A DNA stretch of 64,000 nt. Origin: the human T2T-CHM13v2.0 reference genome, Homo sapiens. Each line of letters opens with the position of its first letter. Position 1 is the stretch's first letter. Of the stretch, positions 43,416 through 55,152 are shown piece by piece. The notes beneath the pieces are model-generated. The model did not search any database. It was not told where the DNA came from and saw nothing but the letters and a program-made list of their open reading frames with translations. The DNA lies in assembly GCF_009914755.1 (NCBI RefSeq), contig NC_060934.1; one strand, written 5' to 3'. A program made the position numbers and the translations under genes.

Positions 43416-45646
43416 CCACAGCTAGTTTCCTCTGAACCAAGCCAATCTGGACTCCAAAGCTAGAGCATGAACTCCAACAGCTTCCATTTTTAGGAAGCAG
43501 GACAAGTGCTAAGACCCAGAATCCATATTCAAACTCATGCCATTTAAGAGGCGCTCGCAGCTGAGCTCTCACTAATGAGGTTGAGGTGTGATGGGGAGGG
43601 TCGTCTGGACCGGGTCAGTGGACAGCTCAATGGGGCCATGAAAGAGAGGGCCTAGAGGCATTGACCTGACGTGTCACTGATGGGCACTTGTCAGCGCAAC
43701 ATGTAGCTGATGAGTTGCAGGAGAAGCTCAGCCCTCGCAGGCCGGGGATGACCTGCATCCTGCCTCTTTCTCAACAGCATGCCTGCTTTTCCTCAGCTCC
43801 AGAGTGACCCATGCCACCTCCCTGGGTCTCAGTTTCTCCTGGCAGAGGAGAGGCAAGCACAGCTTTCAACCCCGCCATAGAGGCATCCGGCGGCAATGAG
43901 GAGGACTGCTTGCCGGGCTGCGTGCAGAGCATCATACTTAGGATCAAATTATTCCCCCCAAAGAGTCGTTTTTCTTCACCCCTGGTGGCATGCTTCTTGG
44001 AAGCGGGGAGTGAAGGGGTTCCTGCAGTGACTGACAAAATAGATTATGGAGACAGCCACTTATCTTATTTGTCATCTCGCCAAAGAAAGGCTGCTCTGAT
44101 GTTCCAAAAAACAAACTCATCATCTTTATCAGATGAGAAGATTCAGGAACCACAATAGAGGCTAAGAGTGTAAATCCTTTGTCTTCTCTTCTGTCGTTAA
44201 TACTACGGCAGGCAAAGAGAGCAAAGAGAAACCAACCCTTGAGAAATTTGAACCTGGGATGTTGGAATTGGAGGCATCAATTTCCCTACATGCATCCTTA
44301 CCTTAAAGAGGGGCTGCTCTGTCTCCCCGACCCCATAACCAGTTAATGACAAAGGGGGTGCAGGGGGATCAGTTCCAAATATTAGTTCAGATATCTGTTC
44401 TCTTTTCTTTCTTTTCTTTGGCACGGAAACTGGTACCTTTCTGGGAGTATTTTTTGTACTTGGTTTACCTGGGTTGCTATGACATATTACATGTAAGTTC
44501 CTTGAACACCATGGATCTCCCTAATAGGTATGGACAACCAAGCCTTTGGAAAGAAAAAGCCGTTTGTGTGAATCACGTTGTTTGATGGGAAAGAAAATGA
44601 AAAGTTGCCACTTTCTACTCTGCTATGCTTTTCTTCTTTAAAAAGTTTATTTATATACTTTTTAGATTAAAACTTTTTATAGATGTATTTAAGGGTATAC
44701 TTTTATAGAAGTATCCTTAAATACATCTATAAAAAATTATATTCAGAAAACTGAAAATATAGAAACAGAGAAATTCACTGTCCCCAGAGCCCTTTCCCAC
44801 CCAGCATGGGTGTTGATGTTTGAAAAAATGACCTAATGCAGGTAACTTATTGCAGCCCCCAAGGTGGTGGGCCTGAGGGCCTTCTACAAGTCCCAGGACA
44901 AGCCATCTCCTGAGAGTCATGCGGCACACTTCTAAAGCCCCAGTGTTGCCACAGCAACAAGGTGACGAGGACCAGCTGGTGATCCTGATAGCAGCAGACA
45001 CTGCAAGAGGGTGTGCTGAGGTGCTCACGGCCCCCAAATGTGCCTGCCCATGGTTTGTCCCTTGTTGCTGGGACTGAAACTGAAGCCGGCATAGAGTCTT
45101 GTTGCACGGTTCCCTCCCATGGCAGAGACCTGGAGGGTGAGAAGTGAAGGCCCTGCCAAGCTTGATCACCCTCTCCCTCCCCCTTCTATCATTTCCAAAT
45201 GAAAAATTAAAAAGACATCACAGTCTAAGTGGCCTGTGGTGCCGATGTCTCAGCCAGGTAGGGAGCTGAGCCATTTCTCTGAATCCAGAGTCAGGCCATC
45301 CCAGTAACTCCACCACCACTGTGACTTGTATCGCTCTGCCCGCGTCCTAACGCAACTTGGGGAGTTGGATTACAAAATGATTTGTGATAATGGGTGTGAA
45401 GGAGAGGGTTATTTGACTTCAGGAAACAGAGCTGCGAGTTGGGAATGATATATGAAATGGAACATCCACGGCCAATGCACAGTCGATGCACGAGGTACAA
45501 CAGGCTGTCCCCGCTGTGCTGAGCAGTCTCCTTGTAACCAGACACACAAACGTTCAGCTCAATCAGCAGCAGCCTCCCAGAAAACCGCAGCAAGCCCCTA
45601 AGTTGCAGATAAAATATAACCAGCTAACAGGCATGCTGTTAATTAG

Positions 45647-45648
<2 letters not shown>

Positions 45649-45680
<32 letters not shown>
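45649..45680. repeat. (GA)n microsatellite
   Basis: Read directly from the sequence. Confidence 0.95.
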
Positions 45681-45690
<10 letters not shown>

Positions 45691-47940
45691 TGGCTTTCCA
45701 CATGCACAATACTCAACTCTCTTCTCCTCTCCTAAGTCTTACCAACCATTTGCCTCCAAAAAGGCCAAAAATAAACACAGCCATCTTTTTCACGAATGCT
45801 GAAATTGAACTGGTTATCACATTTGAAAGGTGAGAGCTCTCGGGCTTAAAACTAGAGGTGAGCTATTTTTGCCTCGTTTATTCCAGCTGGAAAATAAAGA
45901 AGAGATTATTACTGAGAGAGAGTTTCTTCAGCAGGAAAAAAAAAAAAAAAAAGATGTTTTTATAGATTTTAAAAAACACTTTTGTTAAATATGAGTTTCC
46001 TCTCTTAAAATTTCAGAAATACCATACAATCAGTGTGCAAATAGTTATGGTGACCTGCCCACTCCAGGTCTTTTTTTTCACCCACCCTCCCATGGGCGAG
46101 CCTGCCGAATCCTTCTGGATCAGACATGCAGTGTGCTCTAAATGTGGCTTCATTCAAACTGTAGCTCCCACAGTCCAAGATTTTATACTTTTACCAAAAA
46201 GCCAGGACAAGCCCAGTGCTGCAGGCCAGAGTTTATCTCCACAATTAAGACGGCCATCCCAGTCACACAATACATCATAATGATTTAAACCATTCAAATG
46301 GTGCCAAATAATTAGCAGATGAAACTCACGGAGTCCAACTGTATAACTATGAGATTAAATTAGCCATTTATGGATTTCAGAAAGAAAGGAGACTAAAATG
46401 TTTTATAGTGTAGTTAAAAAAAACCATTGAATGAGTCCCTCATGTTGAACATTTCCTCATGTCAGAAGCAGGGTGGATGACACAGAAACCATAAATCCAA
46501 TTGATAAGTGTTAAAATCACTTTAGTCTGCCATCTTAGGAGAAATTCAATAAAGCAGAAAGAAGGACTTCTGTAGACACAAGTCTGCCTCCAGTTACCTA
46601 CAGACATTTACACTGCTCATCTGAAGGGGCACGTGTGTCCCCAGATTAAGTATATTTGGTTCTTTAGTAATTGTTTACTTTTAAAAGGCTTGCTTCATCT
46701 AGCGTTAATATCCTAGACAGCAGTTATGCAGATATCATATGCACATATGCAGTTTTGTACATCTGTGTGTTACACATCAGTGTCTGCCCTGTGCCGTTCA
46801 ATACCTTCACAGTAGCATTTTAATTTTAACCAAAACAAAAAAAAATGGGGCTCTGAGGCCTCTTTCTTCTTCCTGTAAATGTTGGGCAGTGCTTGCTCTG
46901 TGTTACTGATAACATGTGACTCGGCTAGTATTTCCTAAATGGCAAGCCAAGCGTGTTGTGCTAACAAAAGTCATGGCCTGGTTTTTAAAACTGGTCGCCC
47001 AAGAGGACAGCCCTGAAGACACTCACTGGTTGTGCATTATTGTGTTTGGAATGACGTGGGTTTGTGTTTGCTCATTGAAGGAAAAAGAGTAAAAATTTGC
47101 TCCAGTTATCTGTCAGCTTTTTAAATGGGAGCCTTCGATATAAAAGCAAGCCAGATTTCAAACCTGGATCTCCCAGGTGGGTTGTAAGCCTCCGCATATC
47201 AGGAGAGGTGGGCTGAGGCACAACACTGCCTCGACAATGATCCTCAGAAGCAAGGATCCTTTCTTCCTCTGCAGAGGGGGAGGAACGAGCCTTTCCCCCA
47301 GCCCAAGAGCCTCGCCAGGTGCTTTTATCGGAAACTTGCTATTTTCCCTGGGAAGCTGTGTGCAAACGCAGGCTGACAGATAGAAGAATGTGCCCGTTAC
47401 CATCAGCCACGTCCACATGGCTTTGCAATGTGTCCCCTTTTAGTGGCTTAGACTCCACAGCCGCTCGCGTTGGCAAACACGTTTCCTTGGCTCGTCCCTT
47501 TGAACTGTCCAAATTAAGTGTTTCTGCTTTTTTGGTTTGTGTGTTTTTAATCAGCATAAATAATTTTTGAGGGGAAGGAATACCAAAGCACAGCCTCTTC
47601 TCCCAAGTCTTTTCTCTGGCCCCCTGGAGTGTCTAACTCTGCTCCCAACTCCAGCAACGCAGATGACTGAGCCTGGGGCAAAACCAGAGAGAGAGGGGAC
47701 ACGCGGTGCATTCAGCTGACAAACAGAAACAAACACCTTTCCAGCAGGTTCTACATAATCGTCCAACAAAACTAGGGAGAAGGTATTTTTGATGTAAATT
47801 CCAGGCAGCTGTGCCCTGTATTTTCTTGAGGAAATAACACCATTTCCTAAAGACGTCTAGCACTGGGATCTCGGCAGCATCACAATTTCCTTTCTTGTTT
47901 ACTAAAAAGCCCAGATTTTGGCTTTTGTGTCACACCTGAG

Positions 47941-48420
47941 CATATTGGCTGGCCCTGCACGCCGCGTGCGATTCCCGGTTCTGCGGCGCGAGCACAGCTG
48001 CGCTCTCCCAGGACGTACCTGGGCCCCGCGCTGTGAAGAAAGCCATTTCACGGTGCCAGCTATTCGCACTCCAGTGCCACTTGGACTGGCAGAGACTGAG
48101 AACTTTGTGCAATCGCGGTGGAGTGGGTGAAAATGAATCAGATATGAAAATGTCTGAGGCAATAAATTAACACACAGCAGGGGGGGTGATAGCTTAATCC
48201 TGCCTCATCCAAACTCTACCTGACACCCATTATTGTTACAGGAGGTGGCACTCGGTGACGGTACCGGAGCGAAAATGAACATTCCCCAAAGAGTTCAAGC
48301 TTTGCAATAGGTATGTAATGTGATTCTGTGACGGAACCCCCGCCACTCTGATAGTATTTGTGTGTTGAATTCCGGGTAACCTGCCAGCGACATCTTTCAT
48401 CTCGGTTTTATTTAATGCAA
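47941..48420. promoter_or_regulatory. Small CpG-rich patch, candidate promoter
   Basis: About 25 CpGs counted by hand in 480 bp of non-repeat DNA, in an otherwise CpG-depleted window. Outward-facing 5' splice sites on both strands. Confidence 0.5.
48019..48046 (-). CDS. Candidate coding part of a first exon, MAFFTARGP-G (phase 1)
   Basis: Minus strand reads cgtgaaATGGCTTTCTTCACAGCGCGGGGCCCAG|gtacgt: purine at -3, G at +4, donor CAG|GTACGT, inside the CpG-rich patch. Confidence 0.35.
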
Positions 48421-50208
48421 AGGGAATGCCTTTGACATTTAGAAAAACTATTGAAAATGCAGATAGTTGATGAAGCTTATCAATGTATTTTTTACTACAA
48501 AAGAAATAATTCTACAGGTCTCTCTTTTTCTCTCTAAAGGTGGATATCAGCAGGTTTGACAATAGCAATTGATGAAACAAACAAACAAAAAAAAATCAAA
48601 TCCTCTAAACATTTTGCCCTGTTTCCGGTACCAGGTACCTGAGAGTAACACATATTTTACTCTTCTACGAATTCTTTAATTTTTGTTTATTCTTTGAAAC
48701 ATAACTGATCAAAGTCTGAATTATTTTCCCTGGACAAACCCTTGTGAGAGATATTTAGAATGCACGCCCTCCAAAATGAATCTGGGAACATATTCACATT
48801 CAATTGCTTTAAACAGCATTTCTCTTCTTGCTATTTTGCTTGGAATATTTCATGTTCAAGGTCTTCGGAGGTAAGATTCTAAAGTGCACATTGCTACCAT
48901 TTTAAATCAATAAATTGTTTCTGGAGTCACACAGTACACAAGCCCAGCCCTTCAAGACTTTAGAAGGAAAAGCAAGTTTGAAGAATAACATTCCTTTCTC
49001 CCCATAAGGTGGAGAACACCACATTTTTAATAAACTCTCCATTTTTATTGTTTGTGAGGAATTTCCAGGCTAAACAATGAATCTTATGGTTTGATTTTCC
49101 TTTTTAAATATATGATTACCCCTTCAAATAAATATTGCACAGTTTTAACTATAAAATAAATGCACACCATCTTTAATGAGAGGAGATGGTATTCTGTCTC
49201 CTACTTCAACTTTCTGTTTCTAAAAACTACATAAACATATTTATATTAAGTATGGTACTTCTGGGAATGTTGGTGGATTAAGCAGAATTACAAGGTGCTA
49301 ATAAATTATGTCATCTCTCATTTTAACTATCCTAGCAAATGAATTTCTATGGTCTTATTTTTGCCATATTTTTTGCTTGATCAGATAATTTTTTTATCAG
49401 TAATTTGGAAATTGCTCACTCCTTTCGCCCAAAATTTTTAAATGCTCATTGTAGCAAATATAACTTAGCTAGTTTAAAGTCAGATAATTAAACACACAAA
49501 GATAGACTCTTTTTTTTTTTTCATTTATCCTTTGGAGACTGGAATTTTAGCACAGCTAAAGCTATGCAAATTAGAAGCAGTTGTCTATAGAGTTCTTGCT
49601 GCATATTAAGCCACTTGCTCTCAATTCGCCCCTGCTGGGGGGAATTTCAAGAATAAAATTGTATATTGAGACGTGATTCCTAGAACAGCTGCCCCAGGAA
49701 GGTTTAGCAACAACAAGAAGAAAGTGTTGAGGGCAAGAAGGAGAACATGTTTAATAAAACCGTATAGTTCATCCACGGAGCCAGATTAGTCAGACAGGAG
49801 ATACGATCTCCCCGCCACAAACACAAAGCACAAAACAACACACCTTTCCTCAAGGAGAAGAAATGAACGCTGCTGATTCCAACCGACAGAGCTTTTCAAG
49901 AGGTTTTACTACTTAAAAGTTTGTAATATTTCATGGGTTACAATTTCTTTCCTCAAAGATGGTTTAGAAGACCGCATGTTTACTGAACAACCGATTTTTT
50001 TGAATATCTTGAATTAACAAAAGCAGATACAGTGTTGCTATTGGGGCTCCTGGATTACCTCGAAGGAAGGGAAAAGAGGGGGCATTTTTATCTCAAGTGC
50101 CTTCTACTGGCCATATGGAGGCAGCAAATAATTCCTGCAGCTGGGGGGACCCTGCTGCCAGGTGGCAGGGACTGTGCTCTGGGTCCTCTGCTGCTCAACA
50201 AAGAGTTG

Positions 50209-50212
<4 letters not shown>

Positions 50213-50239
<27 letters not shown>

Positions 50240-50353
50240 TCACGCACATGCACGTGCATGTGTGTTCATGTGTACAAGTGTGTGTGTGCATGTGTTCATG
50301 TGTGTTTATGTGTGCAAGTGTGTTTTTGTGTGTGCTTGTGTTCGTGTGTGTGT
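50213..50353. repeat. (TG)n and degenerate TG/CATG tract
   Basis: Read directly from the sequence. An opposed (CA)n lies at 50559-50581. Confidence 0.93.
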
Positions 50354-53300
50354 GCCCCTCACATATCTTCCTTCTGCTCCCCAGTCTCTGTCCTTGCTTC
50401 CCAGAGGCAATTTGGGTGCCAGACTCGGGGCAATTTACCTCTGCTTCCCTATTCCTCCATGCTCCGTCCACTGGCAGATATGTTGTGTGCTGCTTCTTCT
50501 AAGGATGCTTGGTATAAAAATGAAGTGAGGTTTCCTTCTGGCTTCATAAAAGCTTTCTACACACACACACACGCACACACATAATCTTGACTAATTTACT
50601 ATCAAAAACTGACCAAATTGACCGAATCACTTAAACTTAAGTCAATATGAAACCTACATTGAGAAAACCAAGCAGATTTTTCCAATGGCCAGGCCCTTTT
50701 GCATGAACATGTGTGGCTTCCAATTTTCCACCTTTTCCAGACTTTTCTTAGTGTTGCCTAACAGTCTTGAGGTTTCTCTCAGACCCAGCATCTCTCTCGA
50801 ATCTCCCACCTCTCCCACCTCCCTGAGTCCGGTGTGTGATGGGGCTCGGCTGACGTCTCCCACCCCCGTCCCCAGAACAGAGCTTCTCCTCCACCATTCT
50901 CCGAGAGAAACTCGCATGTGTCATCCTGGAACCTCATTTCCAGTGATTGAAATGAGCTCCGTGCCACGTGGGAAATGTGTGGCTGTGGAGTCTTTCTGAA
51001 TACATTTCATGACATTGATTTTAAAGACTCTACCACTGTTTTTCTTTGGATTGTATGATTATCATCCTCATTTAAAGGCCCCAGAACTCACATTGTAAAC
51101 ATCAACTGACTGTTTCTGACTTCTGATTTTCCATGAAAATCAGGGAACACTCCAATACGTTGGGGAGCAAATGTGTGAATGTGATGTGAACGAAAACGTG
51201 CCACTCAATGGGCTGTGGAAAGTTCCCCATTTATGTCTGTTCAGAGCCCAATTCTCCTCTTAACTTAGGCTCAAAATTCCCACTGTTGATGTTACACCCC
51301 TAACAAATGCAATTCCATGACTCTTTCAGTAAGGAGTGTTGGCATGTTCTTAACATACAGAATTATATAAATGCACTTTATGACATCCTATACAAAGGGG
51401 TTTACCACCTGGAGGAAATGCTGAACGGTTAAGAAGGAAAACCAAAAAGACGATATTTTTACTTTTCATGATTAATTTACTTAAACCTCTTTGTCTTTAA
51501 AAATCTCAAAAAAATCTGGTCTTATCATTAGCAATGGGCGTTGTAGATCTGTCTGGCCCCAGAGTGGCCCACACTGGAGATAATGACCCAGCCGGTTAAT
51601 ACGGCCTCATGGTCCCACTTTATGCGTGTAACTCACTTAAAGACAATAGATTCTCTAAACAGAAGACATGGGCCTGGAGGAGGTTGGCTCATATTCGCGT
51701 GTAAAACACTAAACTCCATTCCTGGTTCATGGCCCTTGTGGAATATCCTAGGAGAGGTGAACTGATCAAGATGTATGCCAGAATTTGTGTTTCTGAAATC
51801 AAATTCCATTCTTTCCAAGCATTTTGGTCAGAAAAATACTGAGTGGAAGTGCAAAAAGAAAAACAAACAAATAAACTGAGACTGAGCCTGAAAAATCTAT
51901 TCCCGTTGAAGGTTGCAAACTGTATCGCTACAAACTTCTGGTTTCATTTCCCTTAAAATTGTAACCACGGTCTGCATGCCGGGTGCTCTGTACCGGAAGC
52001 ACCGCCTTGGAGATGCAGATGGACGCTGTGTCTAAGGCCGTGGAGTTGGTAAACGAGGGGTTCACAGGCTGCAGGGAGCAGGGTGATTCTCCACAGGCAG
52101 CAAGCATATTACAGCATTCCTTATATAGCGCTTGCTTTCCAAATTTCCTCTACACTTTGTTTACTATATATTCCAATAGTGTAATATTAAACAAAAACAG
52201 TGTGTCCTACGCCAGGATGATTGATTACCGCACCGTCACAAGGTCACCTCTTAGGGACAGGCTGGGTGCAGGAGGGGCTGTCTGACTCCTACAGTTAACA
52301 CTATATCCGCATTGTATGAATGTCACCAGCAATCCAGTGATTTATTGCTTGGAAGGCTCTGTTCAATTTTTTCTGCCTGACCAAATTGCACATTTTCTAG
52401 AAAAAGAAGCAAAAATATTTCAGCACATGGATTGCCTCGACTCCTCATTTTCTCCACTAGGTTCCACGTGCATTTGCAAGGATCCTGGTGATCTGAACCT
52501 TCTCTTCTCCTTCTCCTTTTTTCCCCTCTGTTAGATATTTGGCAAAAATGATTATTACACTAATGAAAAGGTGCAGCAGGAGATTAAGGGCTTTTTAATC
52601 AGATTTTGGTAACATCTGTGGGCCATGAGTAAGGGCAGCTGTATGCTCTGTTTCTTAATTTTAGCTAGATTTACTTTGGATATAAAATTGTTAGCCTCGG
52701 GGAAAATTGAATGGGGGTTGGGAAGGGGACGATACTCTTACAGAACACTACATAACCAAAACTGTTTCAAAACAGGGGGAGATAAACCTCTTTTGCTCTA
52801 GAGGGTATTTTTTTTCCTTTCCTAGAAAAGATATACAATGAAACTAAAGAAGTATGGTTATAAAAAATATTCATCCAAATTGAACAAAAATATCTTTTGT
52901 ACACAGGGGCACATTATCTACACTAGGATAAATGGAGGTTTTTACCCACAATTTATTCACACTTTCTAAGGGTTTTTTTTCTCTCTCTCTCTCTAAGCCA
53001 CCACTTAAAATAACTTGCATCAGCCTGCAATATCCAACTTGCATTATGCAAATATAGATGAAACAGACAGAATATATGGTCTAGTAGGCCAATATATTTT
53101 AAAGTGAATTTGCCTTTTTACTTTTGACTATTTATTTGTCCTCTCTGTGGGAGCTATTTAGGCATCAAACACTTAGCACAGTAATTTACATAAAAAGTAT
53201 CTCAGGTTTGTATCGTGATCATGGATTATTTACTTGGGATTCTCAACCATCAGAAATGGAAATTCTGAGTATTCTGAACAAGGAAAAAGAGACAAAATGT

Positions 53301-54645
53301 AAGCATTTTTTGAAATTTTTCTCAAATTCAGTAGAGTAATAAAATGTCCCTGTGAACATGACCCATTTGTGTATGTTGCCTGTGAGCTTTGCTTAATTTC
53401 ATGTAGGGGGCAAAAGAAGTGTCATAAGAGAGAAAATAGGAAAATGTAGAAGAAAGTAAGTTTTTCAGGGCTGAAAGGAGAATTCTCACCAGAAGTTTAA
53501 TGTAACATAGGATTTTAGAGTGGTGTCCTCATTCACTGTTTCTTTAGCCAATAAGTTAAACAAAAAAATCCTAATGACTAGTCAAAAGTGATCTTACAAG
53601 ATATTCAGCAGTCAGCTAATAATTACATCCTAAAATTAATATTTTGTCCATCATCTTTTACAGATATTTCTTCTCTATGAGCGGGAGCAACGCCCAAAAC
53701 CTCATTGCAGCACAACAATGGGGAGTAAGAAAAGCCCCAGGTCTCTCAAAATGCCCACAAGGCTTTGTCAGAAATTGCGCTGGAAGTCTAGTGGGAAATG
53801 CCCTTGTATCTGTGTTTGTGTGCAGAAGATGGCCCTTATTCTTTAGCTAATGATCAGAAATTTTTTTACTAGACCTACATTATGTCAAAAGGTTCTAACT
53901 CTTCTGTGCAGGGGATATCATAAAGGACAGAATCAATCATTGCTACAAAAGCAGACAAACCAAACATATGCATGGCACATTCTTGCAAACCAGGCGCCGG
54001 GAACCTGCAACCCTTGGGGTTTGTGTGTAGGTGACAGAGCACTGGCTTTTCTGTGGACTCCTCATTTCCCTTCCTGGGACTCAACTCTCTAGTTTTTCCC
54101 CAGAGGGAATTGGATCCACCCAAAAGACCTGGAAAGAGAAGGAGAGACAGAAAAAGAGAAAAAGGAAGGAGGGAAGAAAAAGAGTTTTCAAATGGAGAAG
54201 ACCTTCAATTGTAAAACATTCAAAAAACAAAACATACGAGAAAATGCTCAAAAATGAAAGTGACAAGAGTGGGCATGTTCTTAAGACCATTTGTCCATCT
54301 CAGTTGTAGGAAACTATCAGTTATGACAGCACAAGATTGTTACAGAATGCGAAATTTTGTCACTCTGTGCAAAAAATCTCTCTGGAAATCATAATTCATA
54401 TGGGACTTTCAACTCAGCAAGGAAAGTCGCTGCGTCCTCCCCACTGTAGCTCTGGTCTAATTACGGACAACTGCTCTCAAGGGCTGGTTCGGGGCATGAC
54501 CATGACCCATCACTTTTGGGGACACATTCTCCTCGCCTCTTGTGAGCTTCGATACTTTCCCTGACACTTTAGATTCAAAATGTAGACAGGTTTCCCTTTA
54601 TTCATTCCGATTACTGAAAAACAAACAAACAAACAAACAACTTTT

Positions 54646-54958
<313 letters not shown>

Positions 54959-55021
54959 TCTTTTTGTTTTTGAGATATTTTCAAAAGTCCCATATTCCTG
55001 GGATGGGCATTTGGAAGAACA

Positions 55022-55152
55022 GTATGAACTGTCTGCTGTATATTATGGAATGAACTGTCTGCTATATTTTACGGTATGAAGTGTCTGCTGTATGTTACGG
55101 GATGAACTGTCTGCTGTATATATTACGGTATGAACTGTCTGTTGTATATTAC
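55022..55152. repeat. About 27-bp minisatellite, about 5 copies
   Basis: Unit roughly GTATGAACTGTCTGCTGTATATTACG. Confidence 0.93.

Noticed and set aside
49625-49642. CTCF-like motif TCGCCCCTGCTGGGG
   Set aside because: One base short in the C-run relative to the core consensus. Not supportable without ChIP data.
51123-51143. 9-bp perfect hairpin CTGATTTTC-CAT-GAAAATCAG (and an 8-bp one at 18971-18990)
   Set aside because: Stems of this length are expected by chance in 64 kb and are too short for a pre-miRNA or MITE.
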